A stretch of DNA of 64,000 nucleotides from Methanomassiliicoccaceae archaeon (GTDB lineage Archaea; Thermoplasmatota; Thermoplasmata; Methanomassiliicoccales; Methanomassiliicoccaceae), in contig CAVSJV010000013.1 of assembly GCA_963728405.1 (NCBI GenBank), forward strand, positions 1 through 64,000, read 5' to 3'. Each line of letters starts with the position of its first letter. Position 1 is the stretch's first letter. Made by a program: the position numbers and the translations under genes. Below the pieces are notes generated by a model, which was given only the letters and a program-made list of their open reading frames with translations, was not told the DNA's origin and searched no databases. Shown one piece after another: positions 1 through 10,656 of the stretch.

Positions 1-54
1 GGGCAGAACGATTAAGAGTTCGAGTGCGATAGAAAATAGGGATGTTGGGGGGAA

Positions 55-1961
55 ATGGTTGACGAATCAATTGCTGAGCGTAAGCTCTCGAACCCAGGGG
101 TCAAGATATACGTCCTGGATCCTAATTCGAATGATAAGGGGACCAAATATGGCTGCAGGGTCTGCCATTCCGGCGCCCCGCCCATCTGTAGGTCCATCGC
201 CGAGTGGAGCACTTTTTCGAGTACGAGAACGACAAGCTTAGACCCTTGGTCATGGGAGCTCTCAGGCATTCCTCGACTCCGAGAGATCTAGGGGAAATGA
301 AAGGCAGGAGCCTGCATCGGGAAGATGGAGTTCTGGTGGCAGGCGCATCGTCCTTGACGAGGCCAATTATTCAGATTCAAGTGGTCGCTGCCCCCCACCG
401 TCCAAGAGTGACATATCTGGATCTAGAAAAGATAGCGCCACTGGCAGTAAGATAGCTTCGCCCGGTCGGCTCTCCCTCTGGCATCATGCTAGAGCAGTGC
501 TGGGATGGGAAGAGGGCCTACTATTACACATGTGATATTACCAATGGCAGTGTCGATATTGCCCGTCTCGATGAGTATGTTGACCCGACCGATGCAGTGA
601 CCATCCTTCCGCTCGTGGACGATCTGTTGAGGAAAGGGCATGTCACCCTGGCCTCCGAACCGTTTGATTACGGTGACACGAAGCAACTGTTCGAAGACAT
701 CCGTCAGTTTATTCATAGATGGTGCGAGGTCAACGACCTGGACGAACGGCTTATGGCCGGTTATGCGATGCTGACCCACATCCACGACAAGTGCCCGGCC
801 ATGCCCCTCATCAACTTCAGAGGCACCTTCGGGGTGGGCAAGACCAGGGGCGCAGAGACCCTTCGGCAGGTGTGCTACCGGGGGATGAGGGGCATCGGGC
901 TCGTTGAGCTTCTCCTCCCTATTCCGCAACGCCGAGACCTGGCGGATGCTGGACTATTAACGAGTCCGATTTCAAGGACTCCTCCGACACCGCCCAGATC
1001 GTGAAGTACCTCAACGAGCGATACGAGCCTGGCGGGAATGTTTGGCGCACCAACCCGGAAACCCTCCGGACGGAGACCTTCGATGCTTTCGGGCCGACGA
1101 TATTGACCAGCCGCCTGGAGTTCCAGGACAGCGCCCTGGAGTCCCGTTGCATCAACATCTATATGGCCGAGCGGCGGCGGAGGGATATCTCCTACTCAAC
1201 TTACCGCCGACATTCTACCGAGAGGCCCAGGTCATCAGGAACAAGTGCATGCTGTTCCGCTTCCGACACTACCATGGCTTCGAGAACGAGTACGCTCTGG
1301 AGTTCGATGGAGTGGGCTAGGACGAACCAGATCCTCCAGCCGTTGGCCTCGCTGGCCCGGGCATCTTGCCGAGCTCTTCGACCTAGTGAAGGACTTCGCA
1401 GCCGAGCTTCAGGAGCGCATCGCTGAAGAGGCGGCCGGCTCAGACGAGGGGGTGATCGCCCGGGCGTTTATGCTCCAGGAGCACGAGGTCCAGGAAGATC
1501 CGCCAGCTCAGCGGATGTCGCCAACTGCGCGTTCGATCTCGGGGCTAGGACCAGCCCGGTGACGGTCGGCAAGACCCTCAAGAATTTTGGTCTGATACAG
1601 CCCGCAAACGGCCTGAAGCGGTTGTGGGAGCTGCCCCCACAGGTCAGGGCGATGCTGTTACAGAAAATATGTGCCCAAGGACGAGCGAGAGCTCTTTGAT
1701 TCAGGTCTGGACACCTTGGACGGAACCAGGGGAGGGGCTGCTATCTCAGTGCCCTCTTTGGATGATACGATAAAGTTCATCAAGAAAGTTGTCGGGGCTT
1801 GGGGGGAGACGACGGATGCGAGACCGCTTGACATCCCTTACATAGTATGGCGAGCCGACGGCCGTTTCCCCCAGATACGAGGTGGCAGAGAGGCTCGTTA
1901 GGGATGGATGGCTGATTAAGAGACCAGACGGCAACCTTGCACTCCCCCGGGAGGTAATATC
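55..1961 (+). pseudogene. Replication-associated P-loop ATPase of the element (DUF3631/primase-helicase-like), split by several frameshifts
   Basis: Fragments 55-291, 204-455, 486-1004, 1001-1426, 1042-1320, 1245-1562 and 1671-1901 join by frame switches; Walker A GTFGVGKT, then INESD, YLNERY and SALESRCINIYM. Confidence 0.6.
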
Positions 1962-3080
1962 ATGAGAATGGATTATGAGAGGACGTCTGTTAATAGCAAC
2001 AAAGCTTCTCTCATGGCGGAGGAATCTCATGTCCCTAAACGGGGCAGGGAGGCCTCTGTGGTCGAACAGGATGGTGGCCCGATGGTAGGCCACCCCTTTA
2101 CCACCATCGCCAACGACTACCTGCACTGCGTCGAGAACACGCATGGGGAGGCGACGGTGAAAGAGCTCCGCAGAAGGTTGAAGCGCATGGCCAAGGATTT
2201 CCAGACCCTCAAGGAACGCGGCATCATCGAGAGCGTTGATCCCCGCTACCTTAGCGATAAAGAAATCCTTGCCTACCTCGGCCTGCTGCGGGCACGAGGA
2301 ATGAAAGAGAGTGGCCTGGCGCACAACTTCTCCACGCTGAGGCAACTGTTGCGTCATTCAGACAACACAGCGCTCGATAAGATGCAGATACGCTATGGCG
2401 GTCAGCTCCCCAAGCGGCGGTCGAAGCGGCTGCCGCCCATGAGCGATAAGCAGGCCTACACCATACTGCAAGTGTCCGAGGGAGCGAACGAATGGCGCCG
2501 CATGCAAGCCTTTGCCCTGGTCATCCTGGCCATTTTCTCAGGGTCGAGGACGAAGGAACTACGTCTGGCGAAAGTGAGCGACCTCGATCGCGACGAGTGG
2601 ACATTGAACATCTGCCACCCCAAGGGCGAGAACACATGGGGCGACGAACGGCGTACGATCGTTCTGCCCCAGGCCAGGCCGCTCATAACCCGCTACATCA
2701 AACTAAGGGCGATTATGGGCGCCGAGAAAGCTCCGTTGAACGAAGCGCTGTTCCCAGCCCTACGCGACAAGGAGGACGGCTACTTCTCCACTAACGGCCT
2801 GGAGAAGCTGAAGAAGCTGGTCGAAGAAGAGGTCGGATTCAAGTTCGATCTGCGCACCTGCCGGAGGACCTTCGGGCAGATGTGCCTCGATCAAGGCGTT
2901 ACCATCGAATCGGTATCGGTCCTCATGGGCCACGACTCAACCAAGACCACGGAGAGCTATTACTGCCAAAAGAAAGAAGAGAAGGCATTGGCGGAAGTTA
3001 ACAACATATGCTCGCCCAAACCACCCGCCAAAACAAACCCTGTTATCTCAAAGGATAATTTCCTTGCTGGATATGGATAA
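1962..3080 (+). CDS. int: Tyrosine recombinase/integrase
   Basis: GSRTKEL (Arg), HPKG (Lys), RTCRRTFG, MGHDSTKTTESYY (His/Tyr); intact 372-aa ORF. Confidence 0.93.
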   Translation: MRMDYERTSVNSNKASLMAEESHVPKRGREASVVEQDGGPMVGHPFTTIANDYLHCVENTHGEATVKELRRRLKRMAKDFQTLKERGIIESVDPRYLSDKEILAYLGLLRARGMKESGLAHNFSTLRQLLRHSDNTALDKMQIRYGGQLPKRRSKRLPPMSDKQAYTILQVSEGANEWRRMQAFALVILAIFSGSRTKELRLAKVSDLDRDEWTLNICHPKGENTWGDERRTIVLPQARPLITRYIKLRAIMGAEKAPLNEALFPALRDKEDGYFSTNGLEKLKKLVEEEVGFKFDLRTCRRTFGQMCLDQGVTIESVSVLMGHDSTKTTESYYCQKKEEKALAEVNNICSPKPPAKTNPVISKDNFLAGYG

Positions 3081-3083
3081 GAG

Positions 3084-3156
3084 TGCGGGCGACGGGATTC
3101 GAACCCGTGTTCTAACCTTGGCAAGGTTAAGTGATAACCAACTACACTACGCCCGC
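3084..3156 (-). tRNA. tRNA-Gly(GCC), no encoded CCA
   Basis: GCGGGCGTAGTGTAGTTGGTTATCAC-TTAACCTT-GCC-AAGGTTAGAACACGGGTTCGAATCCCGTCGCCCGCA folds as a cloverleaf. Confidence 0.97.
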
Positions 3157-3248
3157 TTGTGCCTTTCAGTGAATAGGCTCCTTGCATTTATATTTTACCG
3201 GTACTGGAGGACTCTGTTCTTCCATGCTGGAAAGGAGAATAAAAGGTT

Positions 3249-5871
3249 TCACGGGCTCAGGGCGATGAGCACGTCCCGGACCTGCAGTGTTTCCACCGTC
3301 TTTCCTTCGAGGGTGAGCTTCTTCTGCACCTCGACGAAACTGGGGTCTAGGGTCACCGTGCTGCCGTCGGAGAGAGTAAGTTCCAAAGCCCCCCTCTCCA
3401 ACGCCGGTGCGACCTCTTGAGGGTCCACTGATTCCAGCAGCCGCAGGACCTCCTTTCCCTTGCCCTTGAAGGTCGGTCCGATCTTGGATTTCACCGGTTT
3501 CAGGGCCACCACCTTCATCTCTAGGTCAGCCTCGGCCACGATCTTCAGCTCCTTGGCCCGGGAGGTCTCCAGGATGTCCCGTTCGAAACCCTGCAGTGAC
3601 AGGGCGGACGGTCCGATGAGCTCGATCAGTTCCATCTCCTTGTTCAGGGCGAGCTTGTTCTCGGCCTTCCAGGACCGGATAGCGCTGACCACGTCCTTGA
3701 CCAGGTCACCCCTGGCCTCGTCCTCATCAGAGAACAGCACCGGCTCGGGCCACTGAGCAATATGGATGCTCTTGGCTCCGTCCATCTCCCCGAACCCGTC
3801 CTGATAGATGTCCTCAGTGACGTGTGGGAGCAGGGGGGCGAGCATCTTGGCCAGGCCGAGAGTGATGGTGTACAGTGTGAAGCGCACGCCATCGTCCCCC
3901 TCCCTAGTGCGGTACTTTATCAGCTCCAGATAGTGATCGGCGTATTCGTGCCAGGCGAAGTCCTCGACCTCGCGCATGGCCTTGTCGAACTGGTAGTCCT
4001 CATAGAACTTGGTGGCGTTCTTCACCACCTTGGAGAACCGGCTGAGGATCCAGCGGTCCAGGGGCTGCAGCCCCTTCTGCTCCGGTCTCGACTTCACGAC
4101 CATGGTGGTGAACTTGCCAATGTTCCAGAGCTTGGTGCATAGGCGCTTTCCATGGATGACGTCCTTCTCCCGGAACGCGTTGTCCTCGCCCAGGGCGCAG
4201 GTGCAGGCGTAGTAGCGTAGCGCATCCGCACCATACTCCTGCAGGATGGGCATGGGGTCGATGACGTTGCCGAGGGACGAATGCATCGGCGTCCCGTCCG
4301 GCGACATGATGAACCCGTGGATCATGATGTTGTCCCATGGCCGGACATCCGTCATCAGATAGCATCGTAGTAAGGTGTAGAACGCCCAGGTCCGGATGAT
4401 GTCGTGGCTCTGGGGCCGCATGGACATCGGGTAAAGGCGCTTGAACTTCTCCATGTCCCGGTCCCAGAACGTGTTGTAGAGGGGCGAGATGCTGGAATCC
4501 ATCCAGGTGTCAAAGACGTCCGGGCAGCCGACCAGCGCTCCGCCGCACAGCGGGCACTTGTCCATCGGGGGCTTGTCCACGGTCGGGTCGATGTAGCAGT
4601 CCTTCTCCTTGGCCGGCACGACGTAACCGCAATCCTTGCACTCCCAGATCGGAATAGGGGTGGCGAAGAACCTCTGCCGGGAGATAACCCAGTCCCACTG
4701 CAGGCTGTTGATCCAGTCCTTCAGGCGGACCTTCATGAACTCGGGGTGCCAGGCCACTTCATCGGCCAGTTTGAGCACCTGGTCCTTGAAGTCCATGGTC
4801 TTGAGGAACCATTGGGGGACCTGCAGGAACTCGATGGGAGTATGGCAGCGCCAGCACCCGCCGATGTTCATTCTGCTTGGCATCTTCCTGCTTGACCACC
4901 AGGCCGGCGGCCTTCATATCCTCGATAGCCGCCTTCTTGGCATCCTGGACGGTCATGCCCTGGTACTTGCCAGCCAGCGAGGTCATCTTACCCTGCTCGT
5001 CGATGGCCTTGTCCATCGGCAGCTTGTACTTCATGACCCATTCCAGGTCGGTCTTGTCGCCGATGGTGCAGATCATGACAACGCCAGTGCCGAAGGCCGG
5101 GTCGACCTTATCGTCGGCGATGACCTTGATCTCCTTTCCGTAGAGGGGAGTGAGCAGCACCTTGCCTATGAGCCATTCCTTGTTGCGGTCCTCGGGGTTG
5201 ACGGCGACCAGCTGACAGGCGGATAGCAGCTCCGGCCGGGTGGTGGCGATGATGACATCGTCCTCGGTGCCCTTGATGCGGAACTTGATGTAGTTCAGCT
5301 TGGTCACATTGTCCGAGTATTCGACCTCCGCGTCGGCCAGGGCAGTGATGCATGAGGGGCACCAGTTGACCGGGTAGTTGCCCTTGTAGACCAGGCCCCT
5401 TTCTAGCAACTTAAGGAATGTGACCTGGGTATTGCGCCGGTAGTAGGGAGCGTCGGTCTGATAGTAGATCGTGGGATCCATGCTCTCCCCGAGGACCTCG
5501 AATTGCTGGGTCATTGAGTCGACGAATGAATTGGCGAACTCCGAGCACAGACTGATGTACTCCTGCCGTGGCTTGGTGAGCTTGGTGATGCCGTGCTTCT
5601 TCTCCACCTTGACCTCGGTCGGAGTTCCGTTGACGTCGAAGCATAACGGGAAGAAGACATTGTGGCCGCGCATGCGCTTGTACCTGGCGGCGAAGTCGAT
5701 GAGCGAGTAACCAGTGGCGTGGCCTAGGTGAAGTGACCCGGAGGTGTACCGGGGCGGGTTGTCGATACTGTAGACGGGCCTGGTCGAGCAGGGGTCGAAC
5801 TGGTACAGTTTCCACTCCTTCCACTTCTGCTGCCACTTCTTCTCTGTCTGCACCGCTTCATACTGTGACAT
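3249..5871 (-). CDS. valS: Valine--tRNA ligase (frameshift near 4870, likely sequencing error)
   Basis: PPRYTSGSLHLGH (HIGH), ATTRPEL, DWVISRQR, DTWMDSS; ORFs 4759-5916 and 3249-4883. Confidence 0.95.
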
Positions 5872-6222
5872 GGACGGCATTGGAATGGCCGGACGATTTA
5901 AAAGGGTTTGTTTCAAAGCTCAGATGGGAAGGAAGCCCGAAGAATCTAGCCGTTCGAGCCGGGCAAACACATCTTCTGCTCCACTTATTTTTGATTTACT
6001 ACTTCCCTTGAAGCAGGAGCTCGGTCACCTTTAGGCCCTTGCTTCCGGCGATATGGACGCGCTGCTGTCATCCTCGTCGAGTTCGAGGTCATCCTTCGCT
6101 TTGAAATGGATCTGATCAGCGATCTCCCTTGAGGTGCCCCTCCATTCCTTGCGAAGGTCATCAGCAATCCTTGGAGGATAGCACTTCTGCTGTCCCCTCC
6201 GCCGGATCGTTCCATTCAATTA

Positions 6223-6972
6223 CTATGTCCGATCATGCTTCACACCATGGCCGAGGTCAGTGGCGGTGACATCATGCTGCCCCCTCTTCCAGAACTCCGC
6301 CATGAGGTGCCAGCTCCTATCTCCATAATCGTGCTGGAAATCCTGCTCTTCCAACCTGCGAATGGCGCGGGATATTGCTGGGACCTTCATGCTATCGGTG
6401 AACATTAGCAAGTAACCGCACAATGGGAAAAGGATGTATCCTCCCTTGTGAACCCTCTTGACCTCGTAACCAGGCCCCAGCATTGCTGTCACCTCCTTGA
6501 GCAGAAAGTGGCGATGATCCAAAACCGGATCCCTTCGCTCAAGTAGGACCCTTCTGCCGGCCGCGAAGAGTATGGACCTCTGCGCATCCACGAAATCGAA
6601 CGTTCCCTTATGAGGGACGGAGAGGATCAAACGGCCTCCTGGACGGAGCACCCGGTCCACTTCACTTAATGAGGCCTCTGGGTCAGGGACATGTTCGAGC
6701 ACATCTAGCATGGAAATTACGGAGAAAGTGGCATCATCGAACGGAAGCTTATCCGCCGAACCATAATAGAACTCAGCGTCCGGGCAACGTTCTTTTGCCT
6801 TCTGCAGCATCTCTTTGTCCACGTCCAGACCCATGGCCCGTTGGCATTTTGGACGCACCCATGAGATCAATGTCCCATCGTTACATCCAATGTCTAGGAG
6901 TGTGTCCCCGTTCTCCACCCATTCCATGGCTATCTTAGCCCGCCCCAATACTTCCTCTTCTTGTCCGAACAC
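6223..6972 (-). CDS. Class I SAM-dependent methyltransferase
   Basis: LLDIGCNDG, LPFDD, DVLEHV, RVLRPGG. Confidence 0.9.
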   Translation of the reverse strand: MFGQEEEVLGRAKIAMEWVENGDTLLDIGCNDGTLISWVRPKCQRAMGLDVDKEMLQKAKERCPDAEFYYGSADKLPFDDATFSVISMLDVLEHVPDPEASLSEVDRVLRPGGRLILSVPHKGTFDFVDAQRSILFAAGRRVLLERRDPVLDHRHFLLKEVTAMLGPGYEVKRVHKGGYILFPLCGYLLMFTDSMKVPAISRAIRRLEEQDFQHDYGDRSWHLMAEFWKRGQHDVTATDLGHGVKHDRT

Positions 6973-7850
6973 AATTAAATTTTATTTGAGCAACCAATAT
7001 TAACACTATTGGATAAGAATCGCATGCGGTTGGGCATTAGTTGATCCCAAAATCGTCGGAGGACCATCGCTGCGTCGCTGTGAGTCTGAAGGCCCCGGGC
7101 CAGTAATAAGCAGGGCACCTTCGGCCGCAACGGACAGATATCTAGACAAAGGGTTGGCCGTAGCACGGCAGCAGATGCGCTCATGGACAGTAGCTTCACC
7201 ACGCATGTGATTCCGGGGTCGAATAACTGGCTGAAGGGAGGCTACTCGTTAATCGAAGGTGTTCCAAGAATGGCCATCTCATGCATCAAATTCGATTAGC
7301 GCTGAATGATCGGCCTTCAACAGGACATGGTAGATGGCGGAACAAGGTCATCGTTGTTGGCTAGCCATTAGGCCAGGAATGCTTGTTCGCCCAGCTCCAC
7401 GGGGCTGATATTATGGGATGGGCTCATCTCCGATCTCATGGATTCGAAGCCGTCTGATGCCTTTTTTGGTGGATTATGATGCTCTAGAACGATCGATACT
7501 ATTGCCCATATGGTCCTGTCAGTGGTCCGGTTCTGAATGAGGAACTGTCGGTCATGGGTGTCCTTCAACCCTGGCCGAGATAATACTTAAGCAGAGGGAG
7601 ATCGATCGGAACTTCCCTGGTGATCCAGGCCCGGTGTTCCAATTTCGGTCAATATCGATCGTTCCGCCGCCGTTCTGATATCCTTACTGGTAGAGGAGGG
7701 AGCGGAGTACGCTGCGAGCGCCGAATCCAACGCTAGAGCCACTGCAGCTATAGCTGCTGTCCCTCCCCTTAAAAAATTCCCCATCCCATTATTTCCTCCG
7801 CAGTATTGCTATCGATCGACCTACCGATGAAATGGGGAGAAGGGGGCGGC

Positions 7851-9050
7851 TCAGCCGTGGCCGATGTTCCTGGAACGCCTCCGGTGCTGTATCTTCTCCT
7901 CTTTATGCTCGATGATGCGGCGCTCAAAGCTCTGCATCAGGTCTGAGGTCGCCCTTATGAGGTCCCATCCCGCCGAGCTGCCAGTGTATACGCGGTCGTC
8001 GGTGATCAAACGGGCATGTAGAGAATACTTGAAGTTCATTCCCACTTCTTTGTACCGACCAACGTGGAGGGCAAAGAGCGTGGGGGTCTCAATGGGTGAG
8101 ATCTTCTTCATGGAGATCTCGATCTCTTTGCTCATCATATCCAGGGCAAAGCGGTCGTCCTCCTCCAGACCGGATATCTGCGTGTAGACCACGTTCCTCT
8201 GCTTCAGAGAAGCGATAAGCTCGATCAGGTCGTATTTGGTCACGATGCCCAAGAGGGCCCCCTTCTCGACCACCGGTAGGGAGGAGATGTTCCGGTCAAG
8301 CATGATCTTGGCCGCTTCCCCAAGGGTCGTGGTCGGACCGGCGGTGACCGCTGGCTCCACCAGCACTGAACCGACCTCGACCTCTGCCGGCCTATTCTCG
8401 CCGATCAGTTCCCCGGTCGTCGCCCGGTTCTTCTTGGTCCAGTTGTAGTTGGCGATGTCCTTGATGCCGACGACCCCGATCGGGCGACCCTGGGCATCGA
8501 CCACTGGCAACACCCGGATGTCCATGTCCCTCATGATGGTGATGGCTTCCAGAACATGGTCCTCCAGTTTGACCGTCCTAACGTTCGGGGACATGATCTC
8601 GAGCACTGGGATGTCATTGAGCTCGCGAACCCTTTGGACGACCCCAAGGAGATGGGATCGAGATACCCATCCCGCTAACTTCTCATCGCTCAATACTGGA
8701 AGCTGTCTGAACCCGGAGTTAAGGAAGAGCTCGGCAACCTCGGTCAAGGGCATATCGACGGTAACCTTCTGAGGGGCGACCATTATGGTCTCCACCTTGG
8801 TCTCGATGGAGATGTTCTTCCTTCGGAGCAGGGTGCCGTAGCTGATGACGCCCAGCAATCGCTTTCCGTCCGCGCTGACTGGCAGGTCATGGAGGTCCAG
8901 GTCCCTCATCTTCTTCAAGGCATTATTGACGGTATCGGTGGGAGCGATGGTCACCACAGTAGTTTCCATCAATGTGTCCAGTCCGATCTCGTCGATCTCA
9001 GCTCTCAACCGTTCCTTCTTGTTGATGCCTACCAATTCCTCAACAGTCAC
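7851..9050 (-). CDS. 4xCBS + C-terminal HPF/RaiA domain protein, paralog 1 (putative ribosome hibernation factor)
   Basis: Two CBS pairs; C-terminal ~100 aa align by eye with HPF; GGAGG RBS before GTG at 9050 gives 399 aa. Confidence 0.85.
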   Translation of the reverse strand: MTVEELVGINKKERLRAEIDEIGLDTLMETTVVTIAPTDTVNNALKKMRDLDLHDLPVSADGKRLLGVISYGTLLRRKNISIETKVETIMVAPQKVTVDMPLTEVAELFLNSGFRQLPVLSDEKLAGWVSRSHLLGVVQRVRELNDIPVLEIMSPNVRTVKLEDHVLEAITIMRDMDIRVLPVVDAQGRPIGVVGIKDIANYNWTKKNRATTGELIGENRPAEVEVGSVLVEPAVTAGPTTTLGEAAKIMLDRNISSLPVVEKGALLGIVTKYDLIELIASLKQRNVVYTQISGLEEDDRFALDMMSKEIEISMKKISPIETPTLFALHVGRYKEVGMNFKYSLHARLITDDRVYTGSSAGWDLIRATSDLMQSFERRIIEHKEEKIQHRRRSRNIGHG

Positions 9051-9237
9051 AAATCGATCCTCCAAATATTGGAACTGGTCGATCCCGATTCATCCAATGC
9101 CATTGTTCGTCGGGACCCCACAGCACATCCATCGGATTAGACCGGAGGAACCAGTATATATCTGATTCTCAAATGAGGAGCGGAGCAGTAATAAAATAAC
9201 AATTAAAAAATGGAAGTAAAGGGTTTCGCCAGGCACA

Positions 9238-10437
9238 TCAGCTGTGCCCGATGTTCTTGGCCTTCTTGCGGTGGTCCAGCTTCTCTTCCTTCCTTTCGAT
9301 GACCCTCCGCTCGAGGTGCTGCATCAGCGTGACCGTGGCCTTGATCAGGTCCCAGTCGACCGCGGAAGCGACCCAGATCTTGTTCTCGGTGATCAGCCGC
9401 CCGTTCAGGGAGTACTTGAACTGGTTCCCATGGGCGTTGTACTTGGTCACATGCAGGGTGAACAGCATCGGCCTCGAGATCTTGGCGATCTTCTGTAGGG
9501 ATGAGGTGATGTCCTTGTCCATCTGCTCCGAGGCGAAACGGTCATCCTGGTCCAGACCAGTTATCTGGGTGTACACCATGTCCCTTTGGCGGAAGGACGC
9601 CAGCAGCTCGATGATATCGTACTTGGTAACGATCCCTACCAGGTTACCATCGTCCACCACCGGCAGGGTGGAGACGTTATTGTCGATCATCAGCTTTACC
9701 ACCTTGCCGAGGTCGGCGTCTGGAGCGACCACCACCACTGAGTCCAGGGCGATGGAGGAGACATTTACCTTTACCGGGCTGTTGTCCCCGGTCATCTCTC
9801 CGACGGTCTCGCGTTTCCGCTCCTTCCAGTTGTAGTTGGCGACCTGCTTGATGCCGATGATCCCGGTGATCCTGTTCTCCTTGTCCACCACTGGAAGGGT
9901 TCGGATGGTCAGGTTCTTCATCGACAGCAGCGCCGTCTCCACCGGGTCCTCGGAACCGACGGTCTGGACATCCTCGGTCATGATGTCGCTGACCTTCAGC
10001 TCTCGAAGGTCCTTGATGCCGTCAACGATCTTGATCAGGTCGGTGCGGGCGATCACGCCCTGGATGAGCTGCCCTTTTACAACCGGGATCTGTCTGAAGC
10101 CTGAGGTTAGGAATGCCTCCGCTACCTCGGTGACCAGGGAATCAGTGGTGATCTCCTGAGGCATTACGGTAATGGAACCGGCCTTGGTGGTGATCGGAAG
10201 ATTCCTCCTCTTTAGCAGGGTGCCGTAACTGACGACCCCCATCAATCTCTTACCGTCCAGGCTTACTGGCATCTCGTGAAAGTCGAGCTGCCCCATTTTC
10301 TTGAGCACGTCCGAGAGCTGCTCCTCGGGGTCAACATGTTCGAACCCCTTGGACATCAGGTCGGTTAATCTGATCGTTTCGACCATCGACCTGATCTGCT
10401 CCCTCTTCTTTATCCCGGCTATTTCCTGTGCGTTCAT
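9238..10437 (-). CDS. 4xCBS + C-terminal HPF/RaiA domain protein, paralog 2
   Basis: Collinear with paralog 1; ATG at 10437 after GGAGTAGG gives 399 aa. Confidence 0.85.
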   Translation of the reverse strand: MNAQEIAGIKKREQIRSMVETIRLTDLMSKGFEHVDPEEQLSDVLKKMGQLDFHEMPVSLDGKRLMGVVSYGTLLKRRNLPITTKAGSITVMPQEITTDSLVTEVAEAFLTSGFRQIPVVKGQLIQGVIARTDLIKIVDGIKDLRELKVSDIMTEDVQTVGSEDPVETALLSMKNLTIRTLPVVDKENRITGIIGIKQVANYNWKERKRETVGEMTGDNSPVKVNVSSIALDSVVVVAPDADLGKVVKLMIDNNVSTLPVVDDGNLVGIVTKYDIIELLASFRQRDMVYTQITGLDQDDRFASEQMDKDITSSLQKIAKISRPMLFTLHVTKYNAHGNQFKYSLNGRLITENKIWVASAVDWDLIKATVTLMQHLERRVIERKEEKLDHRKKAKNIGHS

Positions 10438-10656
10438 TTTTCCTACTCCGGATACTAGTTGGGATACTGCTGAAGAGGTTTCCGCATCAATGATGCGGAT
10501 GTTCATTGTTCATTCTCGTCATTGTAATTACTTCCAACCGTATAGAGCCTTGTCCATCATTATCTAAAGGTGGGACGAACGAACGAAGGATGGCTACGAA
10601 AAACGAAATGGGAATGAAAGATAGGAAATGGTTTCTTGGCCGTATCCGCCGAATAT

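Larger units (their letters stand above)
1..3083. mobile_element. End of an integrated element (provirus/plasmid-like) at the 3' end of tRNA-Gly; the other end lies outside the window
   Basis: Integrase stop codon (3078-3080) lies 3 bp from the tRNA 3' end; upstream P-loop replication-type gene. Confidence 0.8.
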
